The position numbers were made by a program, and so were the translations under genes. This document shows, piece by piece, positions 1-9,967 of a DNA stretch of 64,000 nucleotides. The notes below the pieces were generated by a model that worked only from the letters and a program-made list of their open reading frames with translations, ran no database searches and was not told the DNA's origin. The stretch spans positions 29,388 to 93,387 of the forward strand of contig MCFE01000330.1 in assembly GCA_002104905.1 (NCBI GenBank). The letters are read 5' to 3'. Origin of the DNA: Basidiobolus meristosporus CBS 931.73. Its lineage: Eukaryota > Fungi > Basidiobolomycota. How positions within the stretch are numbered: position 1 is the first letter of the stretch; each line of letters starts with the position of its first letter.

Positions 1-2
1 TA

Positions 3-968
3 TTGACATCTATTGCCAGAGCATGTGCAAGGCTGGGGTACATCGAAACCCTTGAGTCCCTGTTTAACGAGCCATACAACGTACATGTGGAGTCCGATTT
101 CTTTTATGGCAATCCCAATCTTGCTGTAGTGGAGGTCCTCCACAAGTATGCATCTCAACGGGATAGTATTTCTTGGCTGTGGTACAATGGCCACATCCGC
201 AAAATCAAGTCTCGTTTCACAACCTACCAGACTCCCAAATGCTATCTAAAGCTCTTGAGAACATACACTGAATTCGATGTATGCTGTAACCGAAGTAATT
301 GTTCACATAGCACTGAACAGCAACGGGAGAATGTATTGATGTTTCTGGTTGATTTAGCTAAAATAACCTCGAAAACTCAGCTGCTCATCAAATATATCAA
401 GTATGGGATCGCATATGGAAGCTTACAACTGCTAAAAAAGATGGTCCCGTTATTGGGGGAAAGAGATTTGCAGAGTCTCCGACTCGAAATTACAGAAGGT
501 CGGCTAAATATCTATCGAAGTGCAAGGCCGCAGATTGTGGAGTATTTGTCGGATTTAGGAATAACTCAAGACACGAGGCTTGCTTCTCTGTGCGGTTGTT
601 TTGACTTGGTATTTATCAAGAGCATTGCGGAAAAGGACCTGGTAACAGAGCTCAAAAACAATCGCTTGCTAGCCCCAAACTACCTGCAGCATTCTATTGT
701 ACGGGATGTTTGCTACGGAAATGGCCAATATTGGAAAGAAAGTGACTACTTGATGGGTTTTTTGCGCTTGACCCGCAATTTTGTTCCCAATCACAAATAC
801 TATTGGACAATTGGAAGCAATTGCGACAACTCTATTACTTTTTTGCCTGATCTTTGTTTTACTCTTTCATTTGTACAGCAAGTTTATTCATACCAGTTGG
901 ACTTGAGCCTTCAGATAGAGTCAGTTTTGTGGAAAAAAGCAATGTCATTTCTATTTCTTCATTATTAG
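3..968 (+). CDS. Hypothetical protein, 5'-partial (open at window edge); possibly alpha-helical/ankyrin-like repeats
   Basis: 321-codon uninterrupted ORF with about 28 CpGs, versus almost none in the following kb. Segments such as ARACARLGYIETLESL and IKYGIAYGSLQLLKKM only loosely resemble ankyrin-type helices. No TE motifs seen. Confidence 0.6.
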   Translation: MTSIARACARLGYIETLESLFNEPYNVHVESDFFYGNPNLAVVEVLHKYASQRDSISWLWYNGHIRKIKSRFTTYQTPKCYLKLLRTYTEFDVCCNRSNCSHSTEQQRENVLMFLVDLAKITSKTQLLIKYIKYGIAYGSLQLLKKMVPLLGERDLQSLRLEITEGRLNIYRSARPQIVEYLSDLGITQDTRLASLCGCFDLVFIKSIAEKDLVTELKNNRLLAPNYLQHSIVRDVCYGNGQYWKESDYLMGFLRLTRNFVPNHKYYWTIGSNCDNSITFLPDLCFTLSFVQQVYSYQLDLSLQIESVLWKKAMSFLFLHY

Positions 969-1400
969 GCAAAGCTTGTATACCTTCAACAATGGTGCAT
1001 GTGCCCTATGAGAAATCTCTACTTAGGGCTCATCTGATAATCTGCTGGTATTATGCTGGTGTTTTTCCTACACATCTTTGATTTTGATTTGTGGCAGAAG
1101 CTGTGAGTAGCTTATGACCAAATTTGGGTATGAATGCCAGTGGGCCTAGTCTCCTCCAGGAAGATATGTCTGCTTGTCTGCCTAATAGCTACATCCTGAG
1201 ATAATCAGAGTAGTAAGTTTTGAATACTTGGAATTCAGCTGATTTTACTTTAGTATTCTGCAGGCCATTTCCTATTATTATCTTAGTGGCAAAATGCAAT
1301 AGGATTAGATGGATACCCTATAGGTGCCTCAGTCTTAATTTCCTTCATTCATTTCTGCTGTAGGAGCCCTTGATTGTATTGACCTATACAAGTCCCCATG

Positions 1401-2745
1401 ACCAATGAAAAATAATTTGGCCCTGCAAGTGGATTCAGTATGCATCAACCATCAGGATTATGCAATGAGGCTGTCATGAGACCAGCAGCTGGAACTATTG
1501 ACCCTCTACACAATCTTATGGTGGAATTGTGATGGCATTTTGCTGTTTTTACAGCTGAACAAAGTAAAAAACCTGACAGTGTTTGAATAGTCTTTTAACA
1601 AGACTTGCATGGCATTTTGATGGTCTTTAAGCAGTCTACATTTTTTAGAGTAGACCTAACCAGCCAATACATGCAAATGCCTTATGTCACAGAAAACTTG
1701 ATGGCATTTTTAATGCCTTGTTGCAGACCACTGTTGGCATGATTACAGCAGTACAATGACATACAACAAGTCCTGTATAGTGCAACCATACCATTTACCA
1801 AATGGTATTTCCCTTTTCTACCTCCCCTTGTGCCACTTGTATATTCCACAATACAATCACCTTACTTTATTAGCTTACCCATTACCTCCATGAGTATACT
1901 GCATAAATGACTTGTTCTGTTGGATAGAGCCAGATTGAGCCATAAGTGCCAAACAGTGCCATAGTGTTCCAGAGTGGCAGAGCAGATCTAAACTTAGCCA
2001 TACAATGTGATGTATAATTCTACAACTTCACACAAAATAGCCACTGTGTTTCACCTCTTGTGCTGGAGAAATTCCATTTTTTGATCTTTTTTGGAGATCA
2101 ATTTTGTGCATGGTGTGCAAGAGAACAGAAGGACTAAAGCATGCACTTGGTACTTAACACCCATGGCAGTCTGAAACCAGCTCCAGAGGTCTGTAACTTG
2201 TCACAAAAATGCATGGCACTATCTTGGTCTGCTGATACTTTCAGGCATTATATCTAAATATTGGCCCTAGAGTAAAACATATACAAAGCACTTAAAGTGC
2301 CAGATAGTACCAGTAAACCAAGATAGTGCCATGCATTTATGCCAAGCGCTAAAGACCTATGAAGCTGGACTCTGAATGCAATGGGTGCAGAGTACTAGGT
2401 GCATGTCTTCAGTCCTTCTGTGCATCTATATATCAGGCACAAATTTGATCCCAAAAAAAAGGTCAATAAATGGATTCTCTCCAGCACAGTAGGTGAAACA
2501 TAGGGGCTGCTTTGCATGAAGACAAATAATTATGTTTTACACTCTGTGACCAGGTGTAGGTCCACTTGGCCTCTATGGTACACCATGGCACTATTTGACA
2601 CTCACAGCTCCATATGGCACTATCAAACTGAACAAGCCCAAATTTGAACCAAAAATCTATGGCCTCCTGCTTACCAACCTCTATACATATGAACACCCAC
2701 TAGAATTGACATACTATTATCACCTCTACTTTATAGCCTTTGACT
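1401..2745 (-). mobile_element. CACTA/EnSpm-like element, right-end fragment (interrupted by MITE 1908-2639)
   Basis: Begins with degenerate terminus ACCAATGAAAAATAA. Colinear with 51093-51617 plus 54917-55136, and with inverted 49810-50260, which encode a transposase C-terminal remnant. Confidence 0.55.
1908..2639. mobile_element. Palindromic (fold-back) MITE, old degenerate copy
   Basis: Ends TGACTTGTTCTGTTGGATAG...CTATCAAACTGAACAAGCCC; long inverted arms and the family central spacer; TSD ambiguous (AAA/AAT). Confidence 0.85.
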
Positions 2746-2847
2746 CCCAACACTTCCAATGTACACTTAGTGGAAATGGCTTCAGAAGCCTATTTGAATC
2801 AATACATATTCAGTTTGTCCAGTCCTTGCATTTATATTGGTGCAAAT

Positions 2848-4630
2848 AGATTTGTTCCATTGTACTGTGCCAGGGTATGCAGCACAATCTGTGGTCTTGA
2901 AGAGCAATCAGGTGCAATGCTATAGCTACCAATAGGCATGATAGCACTTAGCCAGTTTCAAACTATGTGGGACAATCTTGCGTACTATGGCACAAACTGT
3001 CAAAATGAATGCTTTGCATCAACATTCAAAACTTAGCCAATTTTACTTGCTTAAAAAATAGTGTACCCTAACAGATTTTCTCTAACCAAAACATAACTAA
3101 TCCCAGTTATGGTTTACTTTATCACTTCTCAGAATCTATTCTGGCTGTCACACCTGATCAATTTTTATGTGACCTTTATGTTATCAACTTATCTGCAAAG
3201 CCTTCACAGGTGATAAATCATCTGAGATCTCTCCAACCACTAAGCAATTGCCAAGACATCAGCTAATTAATGATGTAATTCTCATGCATCTTATGCACCT
3301 ATCAACACCCAAACTGTGCTCAATTAATGCAGTCTCTTGGTGCTGACTAGTTTAACTTGATCAGAAAAGTATCCATAGAGTTTACTGAACCTTTTGGTTC
3401 AGTGTGTCTCTCAACAAAATTAAGATTGTGTCTCAACAAAATTGAGAATTCCACAATTCCAATCTAGTTTTTACACAAGACTAGCATATCTAGCACTTCC
3501 AAGAACACCAAGCCTAACCTTCATAGTAAGTTAACTCTGTAGCCTTTATAGCCAAATCCAGCTATTTACTAGACCAATATTAGACCAAAATATTCTCTGC
3601 TACTACTTCAGCCACTCTCTGACAATCCTAAGATTCTGCACTTCATTGTCCCTTAGGTGCATTTAAACCATTCAAGAGTTTTGTTACACTTTTCTCCTGG
3701 ATACAACAATGAGGTTGGCAGAGATGATTGCACCAACTTGCAATGTTTGCATCACATGCACAATAGACTTGTTCCGTTGGATAGTGCCACATTGAGCCAT
3801 GAGTGCCAAATGATGCCATAGTGTGCCAGGGAGGCTAAGTGAGCCTATACTTGGCCACAGAGTGTGAAACATGTATCTGCATCTTCATGCAAAGCAGCCC
3901 CTGTGTTTCACCTGTGATGCAGGAGAAAATCCATTTTTTGACGTTTTTTTGTGGATCAATGTTATGCAGGATGTGTAAGAGCATAGAAGAACTGAAGACA
4001 TGCATCAGGTACCCAATACCCATGGCACTCTGAATCTAGCTCCTGTGGCTTGTAACAAGTCACAACAATGCATGGCACTATCTTGGTCCACTGGTACTAT
4101 CTGGCACTATATTTAATTATTAGCCCTAAAGTAAGATCTATACAAAGCACTTATAGTGCCAGATAGTACCAGTGGACTAAGATAGTGCCATGCATTGTTG
4201 TGACTTGTTACAAGCCACAGGAGCTAGATTCAGAGTGCCATGGGTATTGAGTACCAAATGCATATTTTCAATCCTTTTGTGCTCTTACATATCCTGCACA
4301 ACATTGACCTAAAAAAAAAGGTCAAAAAATGGATTTTCTCCAACACAATGGGTGAAACACAGGGGCTGCTTTGCATGAAGATGCAGATCTATGTTTCATA
4401 CACTGTGGCCAAGTATAGGCTCACTTAGCCTCCCTGGCACACTATGGCATCATTTGGCACTCATGGCTCAATGTGGCACTATCCAACGGAACAAGTCTAA
4501 TCATATATCACTATTATCATAGGTAAGATCTGGTACTCAGATATGTTTCTTCAACGTAAATGAAAATAAGTTCATATCACATTATAAACTACATTGATAC
4601 TTGCCATTTTGGTTATCACCACCCCAATTC
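2848..4630 (+). mobile_element. PHIS/Pangu-like transposon, ORF2-side terminal fragment, interrupted twice
   Basis: AAT|AGATTTGTTCCATTGTACTGTGCCAGGG matches the terminus at 29565. Homology runs 2848-3008, 3700-3764 and 4499-4630, with an unclassified 0.7-kb insert and a MITE in between. Confidence 0.75.
3765..4498. mobile_element. Palindromic MITE, 734 bp, TSD AAT
   Basis: AAT|AGACTTGTTCCGTTGGATAGTGCCACAT...ATGTGGCACTATCCAACGGAACAAGTCT|AAT; arms 3765-4111 and 4152-4498, 40-bp spacer. Confidence 0.95.
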
Positions 4631-5349
4631 AGCTGTACACTATGAAAAATAACTGTAATGATCCATCAAAAGGCGGTCACAAAATAAAAGTCTGGTTACT
4701 GAGAGGTATTGATTCCATCAGGACACTGTGCAAAGACTGTTGAAAAATAACTGCACCCCAGATTTCACAAAAACCTTGTCAGTGTTTTTCACCACAACAA
4801 TATATAAGTGGCTTTTGATTGGTTCTCTGACAATTCTCTCACTTTCTGATCATGAACACTCAATCACCTCCTATGTTTGGGCTCATTGATTGACTATTGC
4901 CTCTGTTTCACACTCCTTACTTTTTGACTTAACCAATTCTCCTACTTTTCATGCATACAAGTTGATTAATACCCTATGAAAAATTATTGTGATGATCCCA
5001 TCAAAAGGCCGTCACAAAATCTAAGTCCTGTAACTAAGAGGAATTGGTCCCATCAGGACATCATGCAAAGACCGTCAAAATAATTGCACCCCAGATTTCA
5101 CAAAAACTTAGTGAAAATGATTCTTCACATCACTACAACAGTAGCTTTTGATTGGTTTGCTGCCGGTTTTCTCACTCTCTGATTCTGGTCACTCTATCAC
5201 CTCCTACATTTGTGTGCATTGATTGAATATTGCCTCTTTTCACACTCCTTACTTCCTGACTCAAGCATTTCTGTTACTTTTCATATTTACAAATTGATTT
5301 ATTTCTGTTGAAACTTCAGTTGTACCTCAATTGCCAATTGTTTTGACCT

Positions 5350-6720
5350 ATACAAGTCCCAATACCCAATACTAACATTAAGCCTATCCCCATATCCAAC
5401 AAGTAACTCCATTAAAATACGCCACTCAATAAGTATTTCTGCTGTAACATTCTATTTCCATGACTTTGATAGGAACCCTACAGCTTTATGCCACTGTTCA
5501 TTCACTGATTCCCATATGTCCAGGTCTTCAGCCAGCACTACAAGGTCTAGCACCTCATCTGCAAGTCTTTGCAATAAATCCTTGCAATATTCAAGTGCAT
5601 TTTCTTGAGCACTGTGCTTGGAGAAGTGCTGCAACCTCTTGGTGTGCCTAGTAATGCTCTAAAATTCCACTGAATGCATTGTGATAGCCATTTGAGTTCT
5701 TGACATTGCTACTTTGTCTGCCAGTGGTATCTTCCCTCCATCTACAATTGACAATGTGGAGGCTGTGATAGACAAATTGCCTTTCTCTGCAAACTCATGA
5801 ACCTCACTGGAGTGTAGCTCAACTGGCTGTGCTTCCAACCCTTGTGAAAGCAGCTGTTTTCTTGTTGTTAATTCTTCTTGGCTAGGATGGGATTTAGTCT
5901 GTCCCAGGCCTACTGCATTAATTGGCAAGAACTGCAGTTTTTTTCTCATGCTTCCCTGTCTCTGTCTTAGGTAGACTTTTTCCCTTTACCTTTTCCTCAA
6001 TCATTGCCAAGTCTCTCACTGCTACTTTGTCTGAGTGCTTCTTGTATTGAAAACATTTTCTCCTTGATAAATGCAGCTCTGATCTATCAGTTTTGGCCTG
6101 ATTGTCCCTTGCGGCATGCTGCAGTCAACCTGATGCTTGCCAGCCTTTAGGTGCTGGCATACTAGACCTCTAACAGCCTCTTGAATATTAGCCAACTCTT
6201 CATCATTGCACTCAGTAATGCCACAGAACTTCAATGTTTTCTGATTTTTTGCATTGGTACAAACACTACATTTCCTCCCTCCCAGGCTGTGATAGGTTTT
6301 TCTGTGGGCAAAAACTTTGGGCACTGTTGTTGTGCTTCAAAGACTGTACAGTGTTCCTCTGCTGTTAAATTAGGGAAAAGCTCAATTCTTGGCTGTGATA
6401 CTGAGCTACTTGAGTTGCTTTCTTGCAGCAAAGACACTGCTTTTCCTACCTGCAATATTGCCTGCTCTACACCTTTTATCCGCTTATCCTGTTTTGGACT
6501 ATTTCCAATTTCTTTGGGCCATTGCATCTATCCAATCAGCCATTGCACCTAATTGCCTAATTTCTGCTTTGGTATGAGCTGTCAACAAACTTGACAATAT
6601 GGGTGGTAGTGATTCTATGATGGGCACTTGATGGTACTCAACTGAAGGTACTGCTTTTGCTATGCTCTCATCTGCCTCAGCAATATGGTCAACTTGTGGC
6701 TCTGCATAGATTCCCAATTG
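5350..6720 (-). pseudogene. CACTA-like ORF2 relic (unknown, K/S/Q-rich protein)
   Basis: Broken ORFs 5452-5634, 5659-5949, 6022-6324 and 6231-6527 are homologous to 59897-61620 (-) and 18065-19500 (+), e.g. LQHFFKSSAQENALEYCK. Confidence 0.6.
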
Positions 6721-6774
6721 CCTACTTGACTAAGAACCTGAGGAATCTGCATTGTTACCTTCAGTGGGCATACT

Positions 6775-7502
6775 AAACCTGTATTGTAAGATAGTCCCAC
6801 ACTGAGCTATGAGTGCCAAATGATACCCTAGTGTACCAACAAGGCCAAGTGGACCTATACTTGGCCACAGAGTGTGGAATATAGTTCTTCATCTTCATAC
6901 CAAGCAGCCCCTGTGTTTCACCCATTGTGCTGGAGAGAATCCACTTTTTGACCATTTTTTTGGGATTAATGTTATGCAGGATGTGTAAGAGCTCCAAGAA
7001 ACTGAAGGCATGCATCTGGCACTCAATACCCATGGCACTCTGAATATAGCTCCTGCAGCTTGTAACATGTCACAAAATACATGGCCCTATCTTGGTCCAC
7101 TGGCACTATATGTCACTATAAGTGCTTTGTATAAGCTTTTGTTTAAGACTAATATTTAAGTATAGTACCTGAAAGTGCCAGTGGACCCAGATAGTGCTAT
7201 GTATTTTGTGACATGTTACAAGCTGCACAAGCTAGATTCAGAGTGCCATGGGTATTGGGTACCAGATACATATCTTCAGTCACTCTGCGCTCTTACACAT
7301 CATGCATAGAATTGTTCCCAAAAAAAAAGGTCAAATAATGGTGTTTCCACAATGGGCAATACACAGGGGCTGCTTTGTATGAAGATGAAGAACTATATTT
7401 TGCACTCTGTGGTCAAGTTTAGGTCTGCTATGTTTCCCTGGCACACAATGGTACTATTTGGCTCTCATGGCTCAATATGGCACTATCCAACAGAATAGGT
7501 CT
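6775..7502. mobile_element. Palindromic MITE, diverged copy, TSD ACT
   Basis: ACT|AAACCTGTATTGTAAGATAGTCCCACAC...CACTATCCAACAGAATAGGTCT|ACT. Confidence 0.9.
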
Positions 7503-8099
7503 ACTGTTCACAGGGCCTTTTTTGATTGTAGCCCTGCTTGTTGCACTGAAATTCAATGCAGGCTGTAGTCTAAATGTTCATCTGCTGCTGTCAGTAGTGG
7601 GGTTTGGTTTGGAACCAGACAACTTTTTGTTGTTTTTTGGCAGCATATATATGGAGGTGAGTCAAACCAAAGGGGAAATGGTGTTACACTAACATGGGTA
7701 TATGGTGCCATAACTTTATTTATAACACTTACTATGGTGGGTTAACATTAAATCTTACAATCATGTAGGTGCAATGTGTCAAATACAAGACTGTCTTAAA
7801 TTCACACAAGTATTGACAAAAAAGTGATATATCAGCATTACATTGTTGAATGTCAAACTGTTAGCCCTATGTACAAGGCTACTTTGATTCAATGCCATTA
7901 GAGAAGAGAAAAAAGACCATGTGGCTGTTGTAGAAAACCTCTTAGCCATGAAGCACACAGACAGCATAGGATAAATCACAAGGATCACAGCAAGTGTTTT
8001 GCCACACAAGTCATATTTGACTAGTCACCTGTCACTACTGTACCAACAATAATTTGCCAGCCACTTAATACTCCTACAACAGCACCTAACCATACTTGT

Positions 8100-9940
8100 C
8101 ACCTGGCACAAGCTGAGTCAGGTGAGTCTGAGATTCATTTAGGCTCACCTGAACCTTCTGAATATGGCATGCAGAGTGATAGCTCTGACAAAGAAGGCTC
8201 ACTGATGGATTTTGAGCCTATCTTCCCAAACAACAGTACCCTCCATGAGCCTGGAAAAATCCCATTATGCAATCAGACAACAACCATTAAGAATGGCAAG
8301 GATACCTTATGGAGTCAAGTCAGCCCTGTAATTCATATACTGGAAAATGATGTGATCTTGTTGCTAGAGAAGTAGCACATTTCCACTAATATTAGTGATG
8401 AGAGCTCTGAGGATTTACCACTAGTTCTTGCCAAGATCATCCCAGGATGTAACCTGCTGTGTATATGGTATAAGTGGACAACTGTCATTTGGCTGGCAAC
8501 ATAGGACACAGAGACCATTCTGATACCAGCATGTGTTAACAGTTGCATGGCATTCACAGCAGAGAGTGCCACCATTGCAAGGTATCCAACTTGTCAGAAA
8601 TCCACTGCCATTGGGGAAAACATTGTTTATACTTAGGATCTACTCCAGTAATACCCCATATAAAGAAGCTCATGGGGTCCAGCAAATATTGTCAAGCTAT
8701 AAAGTATTGCACTCAGTAGCAATCAAGCATAAACATATCCAATATATTTGATGGCAAACATTGCAAACAGCTTAGAAACAAGGGCTACCATGAAGATATG
8801 TATGACCATACCATTGCCTTGGCACTTGATGTATTCTCATTAGATAAGTACTCTACCAGCAAATCCTTCTGGCCACTGATTCTCATCAACCAGAATATGC
8901 TGCCTAATTTATGGTATCAGCAGGAATCTCATGGTAGTCTTACTGGTATCTGGGCTTAAATACTGTCCAGCCTGGATAGCTACCGGTATCCATTGCTAGA
9001 TGAACTTCTATGCTTTCCAGCAGGATAACAGTAAATGGCGGTAATAGACTTGTTCTGTTGGATAGTGCCACATTGAGCCATGAGTGCCAAATGATGCCAT
9101 AGTGTGCCAGAGAGGTAAAGTGAGCCTATACTTGGCCACAGAGTGAGAAACATAGCTCTGCATCTTCATGTAAAGCAGCCCCTGTGTTTCACCCATTGTG
9201 TTGGAGAAAATCCATTTTTGACCTTTTTTTGTGGATCAATGTAGCTCAGGATGTGTAAGAGCACAGGAGACTGAAGATATGCGTCTGGTACTCAATACCC
9301 ATGGCACTCTGAATCTAGCTCCTGTAGCTTGTATCATGTCACAAAAATGAATGGCACTATCTTGGTCCACTGGTACTATCTGGCACTATATTTAAATATT
9401 AGACCTAATGTAAGATCTATACAAAGCACTTATAGTGCCAGACAGTACCAGTAGACCAAGATAGTGCCATTCATTTTTGTGACATGATACAAGCTACAGG
9501 AGCTAGATTTAGAGTGCCATGGGTATTGAGTACCAGATGCATATCTTCAATCTGCTTGTGCTCTAACACATCCTGCACAACATTGATCCAAAAAAAAAGG
9601 TCAAAAAATGGATTTTCTCCAACACAATGGGTGAAACACAGGGGCTGCTTTGCATGAAGATGCAGAGCTATGTTTCACACTCTGTGGCCAGGTAGAGGCT
9701 CACTTGGCCTCTCTGGCACACTATGGCATCATTTGGCACTCATGGCTCAATGTGGCACTATCCAACGGAACAAGTCTAATGTCAAAGCACCTATTATTAT
9801 CTGCATTGAGGATACCTCATCCATGAGCAAGATAGCTGGCTTTTCAGGTTACAATGGATGGTATTGATGTCAAATGTGTGAGATCCAGAGGATATATTCT
9901 ATAATTCACACACATTATTATTACCCAAATACCAACACTA
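8100..9940 (+). pseudogene. CACTA/EnSpm (Transposase_21/Tnp2-like) transposase relic
   Basis: Translates to ACVNSCMAFTAESATIARYPTCQK (about 8530-8600), IALALDVFSLDKYSTSKSFWPLILINQNMLP (about 8810-8900) and, after the MITE, VKAPIIICIEDTSSMSKIAGFSGYNG.Y.CQMC. These match the CxNxC..F..CPxC, LxLDGF..WPVxxxxxNLPP and DxPA..GH.G..CxxC motifs of CACTA transposases. Confidence 0.75.
9046..9777. mobile_element. Palindromic MITE, 732 bp, TSD AAT, inserted in the CACTA transposase
   Basis: AAT|AGACTTGTTCTGTTGG...CCAACGGAACAAGTCT|AAT; the flanks rejoin into the transposase relic. Confidence 0.95.
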
Positions 9941-9967
9941 AGAGTATCATGCTCCCATAGATGGAAT

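Larger units (their letters stand above)
4638..9940 (+). mobile_element. CACTA/EnSpm-like DNA transposon, largest decayed copy (tandem left ends, ORF2 relic on minus, transposase relic on plus; two MITEs nested)
   Basis: Termini CACTATGAAAAATAA (4638) and CCCTATGAAAAATT (4972); subterminal CATCAAAAGGCCGTCACAAA shared with 19810 (inverted) and 59580; transposase motifs listed below. Confidence 0.75.

Noticed and set aside
1787-1810. 9-bp hairpin ATACCATTT-ACC-AAATGGTAT (also near 51470) as a Helitron 3' end
   Set aside because: No CTRR terminus follows, and the segment is internal to the CACTA-like right end.
3009-3700. Possible LINE reverse transcriptase relic (LYSQIQLFTRPILD)
   Set aside because: Only one weak motif resemblance, and no TSD or poly-A tail found; left unclassified.
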